The notes below the pieces were generated by a model that worked only from the letters and a program-made list of their open reading frames with translations, had not been told where the DNA came from and ran no database searches. Below, piece after piece: positions 47,289 to 60,670 of a stretch of DNA of 64,000 bases; positions within the stretch are counted from its first letter, which is position 1; each line of letters begins with the position of its first letter. A program made the translations under genes and the position numbers. Source of the stretch: Lama guanicoe (Eukaryota); the NCBI GenBank assembly GCA_013239625.1, contig MU053504.1, positions 746,001 through 810,000 of the forward strand. The letters run 5' to 3'.

Positions 47289-50200
47289 AGGCAATGAATC
47301 CTGGTCTATTCAAGCAAAAAGATGCTTCAGTGAATCCTAGAATTTCACAGTAGCAAAATTCTAGAATCATTGTCATGGAATGTGAGAGCAGTAAAAATCT
47401 GTAATCTTAGTTATAGGTTCCTAGATTCATGGGAGTCTAGAATCTTACACATCAAAATTTAGAATCTTAGTGTCAGATCCCTCATAGTCTTAGAGTGATG
47501 GAATCTTAAGAGGTTTTCTCAACCAACTTATGGTTACCAAAGGGGAAAGGGGGTGGGGAAGGGATAAATTGGGGGTTTGGGATTAGCAGATACAAACTAC
47601 TAGAAATAAAATAAACAACAAGGTCCTGGCTGTATAGCACAGGGAACTGTATTCGATATCTTGCAATAAACCATAATGGAAAAGAATATGAAAAAGAATG
47701 TATGTATATATGTATAACTGAATCACATTGCTGTACACCAGAAACTAACACTGAAACTAACATCGTAAATCAAGTATACTTCCATAAAAAAAGAAAGAGA
47801 GATTTTCTCACTTTGTTGAGTTCTCTGCTCCACTGTCACCTCCTCAAAAGACCTTCTTGGGTGACCTTGAGCACGATGTACCCCACCCACCCACCCACAC
47901 TGTGTCACTCTTTATTGTCTTACTCTGGTTCATCTTCCCTCATAGCACTTATCACTGCCTGACATTTGATATATTTCTCTGCTTATTTGCTTATTACCTG
48001 TCTCCCCCGCACGTTGGATTGAGGTCAGGAACTCTTGTTTTGTTCACTGCTTAGAAAGTACTTCAAACAATGGCTGGCATGTAGTAAGGACTAAAAAAAA
48101 TTGTCCTTCCATCAAATAACTATTTTTTGAGTACTCACTTTACATTGGCCCCTTGGAGATGATCTGGTCCCAGGATGGGAGGGAGGTCTCATTCTGCACT
48201 GCTCATATCCAATTGGTAAGAAACACCCAACCTGGTTGGCGGGGAGGGGTGAAGGGTGGGGAGAGGATATGGGGGCTTGATTAGTAATGTCTGGCATGGA
48301 CCCAGCAAGGGAGAGAGGCAGCCTTCTCTGCTACGACCCCTAATGTCACACTTAACAAAACTGAGATCTGGAAGGGGATGGGAGCACACTGGAGTGAGCC
48401 AGCTTGGGGGACCTATAGCCAGGAACCCCCATCACTCCCCTCACAGGGCTGGTGCCTGACCCAGAACCTCTCTCGAGGGCATGCTTTAATGCCCTCCCCA
48501 TCCCCCCAGCCTGTGTGCTTGCCCTCCTCCCAGGTCTCCCCAGGAGTAAAGGGGCAGCTGGAGTCCCTGGCCCTGAACCCCAGCCTGGGAACCCAATTCT
48601 GGAACGCTGCCTGAATGTACAAGCCAGTTATTTTTAAAATTCCAAAAAGAAAAGGAAGAAAGAGAAAACACTGCTTCGGTCTCTGCGCCAGCCCAGGCTG
48701 AGAGAATAGAGACTTGAAAGGAACAAAGGGTTTCCTCAAACACGGCAGATCAAGGGCTTGGCTCATGTGGTAACCAGTAACCCACCACCGTGCTTTGTGA
48801 CAGATCCTTCAGAAGGCAGAGGGCTCTGTTCCTGCTGCAGCTTTGGGGGCGGCAGGGAGGCACAAGGGACATCCTCGCCACCCCCTCCCCACTCCAGATC
48901 AGGCTGCTTAGCATCATAGACTTCTAGAACCCCTGAATGTTAGGGTCTCAGACACCCTATAGAGCCTGAAATCTGATACCCTCTTAGTCAGACAGGCAGG
49001 CAGAAGCCCTGGAGGGCTCATGGTCACAGTGGGAGCCATGGGCCAGTGCACGTCTCTCATTACCAGGTCCCCTTTCAGGTGGGTAGAAACCAGTTAAGTT
49101 TCCTAACCTCTCCCCTTACTTCTTGCACCCACCGTGGCTGCCTGGGAAAGCCTTCCCAAGGACTCTCCCAGCCATGAAACTACATGCTCCCTTCTTCCTG
49201 CAGATTTCCCCTTTCAAGATGCCTGTAGGGTAGAGGTTTTCCCCTCCAGGTTTCCAGGGCCAGTGCCGGTCAGTTCTGAGATCACAGAAGGATTATAATT
49301 GAGCCCTAGACTCCAGGATGGATGAAAGGCAATGAATCCTGGTCTATTCAAGCAAAAAGATGCTTCAGTGAATCCTAGAATTTCACAGTAGCAAAATTCT
49401 AGAATCATTGTCATGGAATGTGAGAGCAGTAAAAATCTGTAATCTTAGTTATAGGTTCCTAGATTCATGGGAGTCTAGAATCTTACACATCAAAATTTAG
49501 AATCTTAGTGTCAGATCCCTCATAGTCTTAGAGTGATGGAATCTTAAGAGGTTTTCTCAACCAACTTATGGTTACCAAAGGGGAAAGGGGGTGGGGAAGG
49601 GATAAATTGGGGGTTTGGGATTAGCAGATACAAACTACTAGAAATAAAATAAACAACAAGGTCCTGGCTGTATAGCACAGGGAACTGTATTCGATATCTT
49701 GCAATAAACCATAATGGAAAAGAATATGAAAAAGAATGTATGTATATATGTATAACTGAATCACATTGCTGTACACCAGAAACTAACACTGAAACTAACA
49801 TCGTAAATCAAGTATACTTCCATAAAAAAAGAAAGAGAGATTTTCTCACTTTGTTGAGTTCTCTGCTCCACTGTCACCTCCTCAAAAGACCTTCTTGGGT
49901 GACCTTGTGCACGATGTACCCCACCCACCCACCCACACTGTCTCACTCTTTATTGTCTTACTCTGGTTCATCTTCCCTCATAGCACTGATCACCGCCTGA
50001 CATTTGATATATTTCTCTGCTTATTTGCTTATTGCCTGTCTCCCCCGCACGTTGGATTGAGGTCAGGAACTCTTGTTTCGTTCACTGCTTAGAAAGTACT
50101 TCAAACAATGGCTGGCATGTAGTAAGGACTAAAAAAAATTGTCCTTCCATCAAATAACTATTTTTTGAGTACTCACTTTACATTGGCCCCTTGGAGATGA

Positions 50201-51363
50201 TCTGGTCCCAGGATGGGAGGGAGGTCTCATTCTGCACTGCTCATATCCAATTGGTAAGAAACACCCAACCTGGTTGGCGGGGAGGGGTGAAGGGTGGGGA
50301 GAGGATATGGGGGCTTGATTAGTAATGTCTGGCATGGACCCAGCAAGGGAGAGAGGCAGCCTTCTCTGCTACGACCCCTAATGTCACACTTAACAAAACT
50401 GAGATCTGGAAGGGGATGGGAGCACACTGGAGTGAGCCAGCTTGGGGGACCTATAGCCAGGAACCCCCATCACTCCCCTCACAGGGCTGGTGCCTGACCC
50501 AGAACCTCTCTCGAGGGCATGCTTTAATGCCCTCCCCATCCCCCCAGCCTGTGTGCTTGCCCTCCTCCCAGGTCTCCCCAGGAGTAAAGGGGCAGCTGGA
50601 GTCCCTGGCCCTGAACCCCAGCCTGGGAACCCAATTCTGGAACGCTGCCTGAATGTACAAGCCAGTTATTTTTAAAATTCCAAAAAGAAAAGGAAGAAAG
50701 AGAAAACACTGCTTCGGTCTCTGCGCCAGCCCAGGCTGAAAGAATAGAGACTTGAAAGGAACAAAGGGTTTCCTCAAACACGGCAGATCAAGGGCTTGGC
50801 TCATGTGGTAACCAGTAACCCACCACCGTGCTTTGTGACAGATCCTTCAGAAGGCAGAGGGCTCTGTTCCTGCTGCAGCTTTGGGGGCGGCAGGGAGGCA
50901 CAAGGGACATCCTCGCCACCCCCTCCCCACTCCAGATCAGGCTGCTTAGCATCATAGACTTCTAGAACCCCTGAATGTTAGGGTCTCAGACACCCTATAG
51001 AGCCTGAAATCTGATACCCTCTTAGTCAGACAGGCAGGCAGAAGCCCTGGAGGGCTCATGGTCACAGTGGGAGCCATGGGCCAGTGCACGTCTCTCATTA
51101 CCAGGTCCCCTTTCAGGTGGGTAGAAACCAGTTAAGTTTCCTAACCTCTCCCCTTACTTCTTGCACCCACCGTGGCTGCCTGGGAAAGCCTTCCCAAGGA
51201 CTCTCCCAGCCATGAAACTACATGCTCCCTTCTTCCTGCAGATTTCCCCTTTCAAGATGCCTGTAGGGTAGAGGTTTTCCCCTCCAGGTTTCCAGGGCCA
51301 GTGCCGGTCAGTTCTGAGATCACAGAAGGATTATAATTGAGCCCTAGACTCCAGGATGGATGA
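47289..51363. repeat. Near-identical tandem duplication, period 2038 bp (47289-49325 / 49327-51363)
   Basis: Direct comparison shows about 7 substitutions seen by eye. The ORF track repeats at offset 2038. Confidence 0.95.
47521..47793 (+). mobile_element. LINE-1 3' end (second copy at 49559-49831 inside the tandem duplication)
   Basis: aacttatggttaccaaagggg..ctgtatagcacagggaact..ctgtacaccagaaactaac followed by an A-tail. Flanks agaggttttctca / agagattttctca. Confidence 0.8.
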
Positions 51364-51879
51364 TGTCAACTGATTCTCTCAAGGCGGACTACCTGCATTA
51401 TCAGGTGGTACCTCGTGTGGGCAGCGCGGCACCCCATGATGCAGGGACCCTATCCCCACTTTTCAGATGTGAAAACCAGGGCTCCAGAAAACTGAAGTAA
51501 GTGCCCAAGATGGCACAGCAATAATTTGGCAGAGCTGATGCTTAGATTCACTCGTCTCTTAAGCCAGGCTCCTGCTCCCTGACACCTCCCTCGTGTGTCA
51601 AAGGTCAATAGCGCTTAACCCGAGTCGCAGGCCTGAGACAGGCCCAGAGGTGCCAGGCTGGGCACGAGGGGCTTCCTTCCATCTGATGCCATCCCACACA
51701 CGAGTCCCACGTTCGTCTCCAGCACAGCCTGGGCCCACCCAGTCTCCTTGTCATTTCCTGTGTATCACTGTCCCACCGTGTTCCTGTTCTGTGGTTCTTC
51801 GCTGCCCCACTTGTCAATCTGTGTCATCTCCATTCAGTGAGCCCTGCTCTGCATCGCTGCCTGCCTCAGGCTCCCATCA

Positions 51880-52240
51880 CCTCCGCGCAGTCTCTCTATC
51901 TCGCGGCTCCCCTTTCTCTCTCTGCATCCAGGTGCTACGTTCTCTCTGTATTCTGTCTCCTTTACTCCTTGGGCTCTGGCTCTGGGTCTCTGCCTCTCCT
52001 GCCCCAGCTCATCTCTGTCTCTCTCTCTGGATTTTTATGTGTCTCTCTTCCTCCTGAGAGCCATTCCTCTCTCTCAATCTGTCTCTCTTTTCTCCCTCCC
52101 TGATGTCTCAGTCTGTCTCTCTCACTCTCACTCCGCGTCTCTCTCCCTACTTCTCTGTGTCTCTCTCTCTGCCTCCGTCTCTGCAGCCATTCTCTCCTTC
52201 CCTCTCCCCACCCCTCCCAAGCCTGCTCCTTCCCTCTCAC
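51880..52240. repeat. CT-rich low-complexity tract
   Basis: Degenerate (CT)n/(TCTG)n. Confidence 0.8.
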
Positions 52241-52559
52241 ATCCCCACATTGACACAGAACATTCCAGCACATCCCAGCTTAGCTGTAGGGGGACAAAAA
52301 GAGACTGGTCAGGGGTACTCCCAAGGCGTGCTGGGGGTGGGGGGTCATGCAAAAGGGAACTGAGCCAGCCTCTTCCTTTTCTTCCAGAAATGACTGGTTG
52401 CTTTCCTGGGAGGCAGAAGAGAAATCCCTGAATAGGGATTTAAAGCACTAAGCCTCTGATTCCTTCTTTTTAATATTTATAAAGAGAGAAAGGGGATAAT
52501 TTCAGGAAGATCATTTCAAGGCGAAAACCCACATATTTTCAATAGAATTATTCCAAAAG

Positions 52560-52710
52560 CCCCTTTCCGGCTCATTGGAGTGTATAATTTCGTAAGTTAA
52601 AGACACGAGGCCTGGTTTCCAAGTTCCCTAAAATGACGCAGCTAAGTGAGGGCCAGAAAGGAAGTGAAAGATGAGAAGAAGGAGGGATGGCCACTGAGGG
52701 AAGTGACAAG
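52560..52710. promoter_or_regulatory. Candidate PU.1-IRF (EICE) enhancer
   Basis: GGAAGTGAAA at 52660-52669, a second GGGAAGTGA near 52698, and C/EBP-like TTTCGTAA near 52588. Confidence 0.4.
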
Positions 52711-55022
52711 CCTGTTCCAGGCCAGGCTGGGGCCACACGTGGGCCGAGAAGTCAGCAGCGGCCTGTGTCCCCACCCGACCCTCCTCTCCTCTGCCCGTGT
52801 CCCTCAGTAAATCCGACAAACTCGGGCATAACCATCATCAAATCCCCGCCTCTGACCCTGAGACCTCTCAGTCTGGACCTGCAGAGCCAGCTGCGCCTGC
52901 CAAGGGGTCACAGGCTCCTCAAGCCAGGCGTGTCCAGAGCCAACACCACCGTCTTCCTCCCCAGACCTCCTCTGGCCTTGGCCTTCATCTCAACTATCCA
53001 GTTGCCAACTGGGAGCCTGCCTCAGGTCCTCGTTCTTCCCTGTCACTTCTAGTTAGTTGTCAAGCTGTGTTGACTTTATACTCCATCTGGAATCTCCCTC
53101 CATCCACACTCCCATTGTCCAAGGCTGGGCCTCAGCATCCCTGGCATAGACTGCTGAAAGGGCTCTGGGCAGGGTTTGGGGCCCCTGGTCTGTGTATGGG
53201 TCTTCCCAAAGCCCATCTCTAAGAACGGTCCTCCCTTCCTCAGAAACAGTCACATCTCCCACCACTTGCAGGGTGCAGATCAAATTCCCCTACCCTGGCA
53301 ACCATGACCCAGTCACATCCTAACAACTTTACTTCTTTGTATTCACTCTCCCATCACAAAATGAGCCACTCTCTCTTTTCATATGGCTAAAATGAGTCAC
53401 TTTCTTTTCTGCCTACCCAAAAGGAGTAAGAAACACTTTTCTACCCCCTAAACCTTGGCTGGGGCTCCTCCCTTCTCCTGGAATGCCAGCCTGCCATCTT
53501 GGCTTGTGTATTTCCAACCTAACCTCAAGGTCCATCTCAACTGTCATCCACCGTCTACGAGGAATGGACTTAATCACTCATCACTCTTCCTTCTGAAGGG
53601 TCTCTTTCCTTCTCTTCGACCCATGACATCTCACTTTGAACATGAGATGGCTTGCAGGGCCTGAGAGCAGAAGAGCTCTGTGTCTCAGACAGAGAGAACA
53701 AGAAGAAGAAGAAGGGATCACTCCCTCTGACTTTCTCCCAAACCAGACCAAACTGGATTTTGTGGTTCTGATGAGCGCTTCAAATTGTTAGCAGGATCCC
53801 CTGCTAATAATAACAGTTATCAAAGTAATTAGCAATGTCATTGCAAAGATCAATTATTGGGCACTTCATGAGCCAAGCATCTGCTAAGTGTGGTGCACAC
53901 AATATCTCACATAGTTCATGATAAACCAATGCTGTGGGGACTATTGTCACATCAGTGGTACCGATGAGGAAACTGAGGCTCAGAGAGGGGCAGCAGCCTG
54001 CACAAAAGGACACTGTGAGTCACAGGGTCAGGACTCTGGCCAGGCCAGCCCAGCTTTGGAATCCTCGTGTTTAACCTCAGCCACCCTGAGAAAGATGACA
54101 CCTCAGTATCAGCAGAAACTGAGTGATGTGGTCCCTGACTCATCCTCACTGAAGGAGGCCCACTCGCTGTGAGGCCACGGCCATAGCCCCTCTCTTGGAC
54201 ACAGCTTCCTCATTGTCTCAATGAGCCAGTTTCTGTTTGAAAAACATGGACCTTTCAGATGCTGATTCTGCAAACCCCAAGGGCACAGCCTGCCTTCTTT
54301 TCCCTAGAGAAAGGCACAGATGGGAGAGGCAGAGCACAGAACTTCAAAAGAAGCCCACAGGGGCAAAACTGGGCTTCCCCCCACTCCCCACTTGCCCTGG
54401 CACCAGACTCGGTTTGACTCAGCCAAAGCTGTTCCCTAGTCCACCTCTCAAAGCCTCAGGGATGCTGCCAGGCTGTTCCCACAAAACTCAGCCTTATGTG
54501 ACTCCTGCCAAGGGCTGGCCCTGATTCCCAGACTCTGGCTTCATTTCTCACTAGGGTATCTACACTGTACCAGCCTCCTCACTGGTCTCCATGCTTCCAC
54601 CCTAAGCCTTATCTACACAGTGGCCTTGTCATTTTAAATAGAAATCACGAGGTCTCTTTAGTTCTTAAAACTCTCCATGTTCGAATAAAGCCCAAATGTT
54701 CATCCTGGCTCCCAGACCCTGTGTGCTTTGACCCCTAGGCCTCCCTGGACTTCAAAATCAGCGTTTCTACAGAACCCAGGAAAAACCAGTTTTTTTTTTT
54801 TTCCCCACCTTGGGGCCTTTGTTCTTTTTCTCTTTCCTCAATTCCTTTCCTGGCCTCTTCCTTCCTCTCCTTCAGTTCAAAAATCATCCATTCCCCAAGG
54901 TCTTCCCTTATCCCAATTATTCATAGTAGCTTCTGCCCTGCACACATTCACAACTAACAATACCATTCGCTTTCCCTGTAATTTGCAGTTAAATATTTGA
55001 GTGTTCCGAATGAGCTGTCCAT

Positions 55023-57245
55023 TAGAGGCAGCAAAAGGGCAGACTCAGAAGCTCTAAACTCTCATTCCTCCCACAGAAACATCAAAAACAAAAGCAAAAA
55101 CCCAGAAAATGCACTGAACTAATATAGGAGCCCTGAAAAACAATCAAAGGTTTATAACAACCAAGTAAACGCCCAATCAAGAAAAACCCACCTTCAACAA
55201 CAGGAAATGTTTTGTGCTGCTTTTACTAGCTCTTGTCCGCTCTTTGCCCTGGCACAACAGTGGTCTTGGTCTGGGGGAAGCAGCAGCCCAGTTCTGAGGT
55301 CCGTCCCTCAAATCAGAGTTTGCAAAGCAGACCTCCTCATCTGCAACATTCTAATCTGATGAGGGCTGCGTGGAGAACTGGTTCCTGTTCCATCTAATTT
55401 GGATCTCAGGTGGAGAGAAGTAGCAGGCACTGCTTATGAAGCTTCAGGGAGAATATAGAACCACAGATGCCTGGGTCCACAGATGATCTATTGTATGTGT
55501 CCACCCATAGTCTTGTGCCAGGCATCTTGATTGAATACTCACTTGGTTGCTGTAAACCTTTGACTGTTTTTAGAGCTCTTGTATTAGTTCAGTGCAGTTT
55601 CTAGTTTTTGTTTTTGATGCTTCCATGAGAGAGATGAGAGCTTGGAGCTTCCTGTTCTGCTATTCTGCTGCCTATGATGAGCAATGTATTTGAGTTGGCT
55701 GAAGAAAGAATCAGTGAACTTGAAGACAGAAATCATTGAGTCTGAAGAACACAAAGAGGAAAAATGAAAAGAACCTAAGAAACTTGTGGGACAGCATTAA
55801 AGGACCAATATATGCATTATGAAAGTCCCAGAAGAAAAGGAGAAAAAGGAGCAGAGAGATTATTTGAAGAAGAAAATGGCTAAAATGCCCCAAATTTGAC
55901 GAAATACATGTGTCTACAAATCCAAGAAGCTGAACAAATTCCAAGAGGGTATACTCTAACTGACCAACACTGAGCCACAATATAGTCAAATTGCAAAATG
56001 CCAAAGCCAGAGACAAAATCTTGAAAGCACCAAGAGAGAATTGATTCATCACCTACAAGTGGTCCTCAATGTGGTCATCAGCATATTTCTCAACAGAAAC
56101 CTCCAAGACTAGAAAAGAGTAGGAGAATATATTTAAAGTATTGAAAGAAAAAAACCTTTTGACCAAAAATTCTTACCCAACAAAACTATCCTTTAAAAAT
56201 GAAGGAGAAATTAAGACACTCCAAGATAAGCAAAAACTGAGGGAGTTAGTTCATTACCATTAGACCTGCCCTATAAGAAATGTTAATGGGAGTCCTTCAG
56301 GTTGAAATAAAAAGATGCTAGATAGTAACTAAAAGCTGTATGAAGAAATGAAGATCTCTGGTGAAAGTAAATACTTGGGAAAATGTAAAAGCAAATATTA
56401 TTATAATTTTGGCTTGTAACTCCACCTTTTAATTTTTATAAAATTTAAAAGACAAATGAATAAAAATTAATTACAAATCTATGTTAGTAGGTACACAATG
56501 TATAAAGGGGGAATTTGTGACATCAATAACTAAAGTGGGAGAATGGGCAGGGCTGTAAAGGGTAGAATTTCTGTATGCAATTGAAATTAAGTTGGTATCA
56601 ATTCAAATTAGATTGTTATATAAGATGTTATATGTAATCCCCATGGTAACTATTCTAAAAATCTATATTTATAGATATTTCTGATTATGTATAGAATATA
56701 TTTCTATAGATGTCATAAATATCTATAGAATATACACACAAAGAAATGAAAAGGGAATCAAAACATGTCACAATAAAAAACCAACTAAACACAAGAGAAG
56801 GCAATAATGGAGGAAATGAGGGATTAAAAAAGCTATCAGACATACGGAAAACAACAAAATGAAAAAGTAAATTCTTCCTTAACAGTTATTACTTTAGATG
56901 AAAATGTGTTAAACTCTCTAATCATAAAGCATAAATTGACAGAATGGCTTAAAATATATTTAGATATAGATATAGATACATATCTCCAACTATATGTTGT
57001 CTACAAAAACTTACTTTAGATCCAAAGACACAAATAGGCTGAAAGTGAAAGGATGGAAAAAGGCATTCTATGCAAATAGTAACTAAAAGAGACCTGGGGT
57101 GGCTAAACTAATATCAGACAAAACAGACTTTAAGCCAAACACTGTTGTAAGAGACAAAGAAGGGCATTATACGTTAAGAAGTGTCTGTTGAACAAGAAAA
57201 TATAACAATACTAAACATATATGTACCAAACAGCAGAGCTCTAAT
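55023..57245 (+). mobile_element. Decayed LINE-1: 5' UTR piece, ORF1 3' half and start of ORF2 endonuclease
   Basis: gaagaaagaatcagtgaacttgaagacaga (ORF1); aaatcttgaaagca; aaagtgaaaggatggaaaaag..agacaaagaagggcattat (ORF2 EN). Many stop codons. Confidence 0.8.
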
Positions 57246-60200
57246 GTATGGGTCATCCTACTCCCTGAATGTTAGTCCTGTGAGAGTAAGAACAGGATTT
57301 GTATTACTCACTGCTTTGCTCCAGTGTCAGGTACTATGTCTAGCACATATTTATTCAGCTCCCACTCTTCCCAGCAGGTGACCACAGGGAAAGCAAGCAG
57401 ACAGGATCTGAGAATTGTCACCAAGCCTCAGGCAGGTACGCTGACCACTGATTGTCCCCAGCTTTCTCAACTACCCCCTCCAAGAGCTTGAGATCATTTC
57501 CTTGCCATCCTTGGGCCAATCATAAAGATGAGAATGAAGGTACTTAGGAGTTGTGAGCAATTCAAGTCTCCCCAGCCCAAGCATTTCCAGGAATCAAGGA
57601 CTTGTGGCTGCACAACAGAGAATTCAAGGGCCCAAGGGAGGGTGCACCATGGGAGGTCATCCAGTCTGACTGGCCCTTGTGACCTATGAGAACACTGAGG
57701 CCCAAAGAGGGCGGGGGACCAGCTCAAATTAACAAAACAAGCTGATGGCAAAGCTAGTCTTCACACTCAAGTCAGCTGACTGCCTACCCCATGCTAGATC
57801 TGGAAGTTTCCCTGTGGACTGCCCAAGGGGCTGTCCATAACATGCAATTCTTCTAACTCATCCCCTTCCCCTCCAATTTCCTTTTCACTCCTCTCTTTCT
57901 TCTCCATTTCTGCATGATGCTTTGTTCTCCATCTCCATACCACACGAAGCCTCTTATGGCCTTTTGTGGATTCACGAGTTGTACCATTTTATTTGACTCT
58001 TACAATGGCCTTGTGAAAGAAGCGCCTTTTTATGCCCCACTTTACAAATAATTGAATCCCTGAGATAGGAAGAGGTCAGCCAGTGAAGCAACATGGGGCA
58101 AGAACCTTGCCCAGACTTTTCTCTAGGTTTAAAGACCTTGTCTGCCTTTTCAGATGCCCTTGCACATACCAAGAGACTTGTTTCAGCGAAACCCACCATG
58201 CTCGCTGCCAACTTCCTAGGAAAGCCTTCTTCCAACCACAAAGACTCCTGGCTCCCTTTCTCCTCTGGATTTCCCCTTTCATCTCAGGATGACCATGGAT
58301 GCCAGGTACGGCTGTTACTTTCCAAACTGGAGCATGCAGGAAGGCTGGGGCCCATATTCCAGGCTAGAAGCATAGGTGAGATTGTGAGGTGTGCCCAGAT
58401 CTGGACAACCTCAACCTCAACCTCAAGCTCAGTGCAGCTGCCACTTGATCGGAGCCAAGCTAAATGCTTTGCAGATATGACCTCAAGTTCATGCTCACCA
58501 TGCCCAATAGAAGTCCCCACTCTCACTCCATTTTGCAGTTAAGGATACAGATTCAGAAGGGGAAGTGGCTTGCAGAAGACACTCATGGTCATTAGCTGGC
58601 TGGCCGGACATGCTCTTAACTTCTTAACTGTGTTAGATCAGAGACCACAGGGGTCACTGGGGCCTACAGGTGGGGGTGTGTGAAAACCCTGAAAATGTAC
58701 AGAACAGAGTATGTCTGAGCATGTGGATTTCCCCAGGTCACCTTGGCGTCTGTAAGTAAGGAGTAAGGAGCAGTGAGGCTTGGGGTTGAGGAGGCCCAGG
58801 GTGTTTTTGCTCAAACCAGGTATTCAAGACCTACTTCTGAAGGGGCCTGATCTATGTTGGGAAGGGGGCAGAAATGTGAGTTGCTAGGGATCTGGCCGAG
58901 GCTTAGGGAGGTGGTGGCAATGGACTCTTGGCTGGAGGCCCCGTGTTCCAGCCGCCTGGAGTGTCTCTCCCCCGGTCCTTGATCCTCTTACTTTTCCTGT
59001 CGGTGAGGAAGCTGTTTACTCTCAGAAAGTCATTTATTCCCTGATAAGATCAACCTCATTGTTAATAAGAATTCTCACTTCCTCCCCGGGAGGAGGCCAA
59101 AAGCAAAATTCTAGCACTTGGAGCTTCATAAACAGCCAATGTGAGAGAGACTCTAGGGAACACTGTCCAGCAGCCCTGTCTTAAAAATGGGGAAACTGAG
59201 GTCCCAGGAGAGGAAGAGTTGGGAAAGAGTCAGTGGCAGAGCTCAACCCAAATCCGGCTCTCCCAAGATTGCCGGGCCAGGCGTCGCTCTGTACCTCATC
59301 CAAGCACTGGCAATTCCCTGAGCTGGCTGTGATTTCCAGATTCCACTTGCCGCCCTCAGATAACATGCTAACAAAACATGTCCACAATATTTTAATGTAA
59401 CGCTCTAACGTGCTATTATAACATAACATTCAAATACAATATGCCAACACAGCTTAATATTCTGCTGCCACATATTAGCGCAGCTCTAACCCACATTCTC
59501 ATCTAATGCTCTGAAGCAACATACTATTCTAATGCACAACGTTACATAATATCCCGCTACAATATTATAAGACATTGTAACACAACATTCTAATCTAAGG
59601 ATGTGACATTTCTGCATTATTTGAATGCAATTCTAATGCAACACTCTAAAATAACTTTCTAAGTTATTTCTCTAATACCGAGGACTCTGAGAGAGTCCTC
59701 TGGACAGGAGAGCCCCAGTCAGGCTGACCAGTGCTCATGGCCTAGGTACAGAGGAGGCGACCTTGCCCACATCTGGCCACGCCCAGCCTGCTTCTGATCT
59801 GTGAGGCCGGAGCACCCGTTAGCTCCGGGGGCCCCCAGGACCCAAGTCAGATGGACCCAGCTGCCCAGCCTCATAGAGGCTTCCCCAAGGGGTAAGGTGG
59901 GGCTGCGTGACCTCTGGAGGCTACCTCTCCCTCCCCCTCTCCTCCAAGCCCCATGCTTTTCTGGGCTGGGGTGGAGGCGGGGTGGGTGTGGGAGAGGGAG
60001 GAAGAGGCTGATTCTGATTCAATTTGGAGCACCTGGAGACAGTTGAAGACAACTCCAATATTTGGATGTGGCTTTTCTTGCCGCCTTCTACCCAAGTTAC
60101 TAGGGCCAGGGCTAAGAGGCTCTGCCCGGAGATGCAGACAGGAAGGAGGAAGAGAGTCAGGACCTCAAAACAGAGTCAGTTCATTCAGGCCAGGGGAAAC

Positions 60201-60499
60201 CACGCTGCTGGGGCTTAAGGATCGGTGAGAGGAATAGCTTCAGGACTTTTCTTGGCTGAGGATCCATCTGTTCATCTGGAATCTTACCCTGGCTGCTCCC
60301 TCTTCCCCAGATTTCCCATGATTAATTCCCTCACTTTCTTTGGGTCCATCCTACTCCAATGTCACCTCCCTGAGCAGCCCTCTAGGACCGAGAGTCTTAA
60401 ACAGCAGCCCCACCTCCCTGAGCCCTCCTCCTTCACAGGATGGACCCCTGCCCAGTGTGGGGTTTAGGTGACTTGTTCATTTGTCTCCTCTCTCAAACC

Positions 60500-60670
60500 T
60501 GTGGCTCTTCAATACCTCTGCACACTGGAGTCACTAGGGGAGCTCTTTAAAATCCTGATCCCCCACTGCAGACCAGCTGAAACTGAATCACTGGGGTGAG
60601 GCCCAGGGATCAGGGAATTTTTAAAGCTCTTCCCTAGTGATTTCAATGTGCAGCCAAGGCTGAGAGCCCC
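60500..60670. mobile_element. MER5A-like DNA transposon relic
   Basis: gcacactggagtcactaggggagct..ttaaagctc..gtgatttcaatgtgcagccaaggctgaga. Confidence 0.6.

Noticed and set aside
55711..56052. 113-aa hydrophobic minus-strand ORF
   Set aside because: Antisense of decayed A-rich L1 ORF1.
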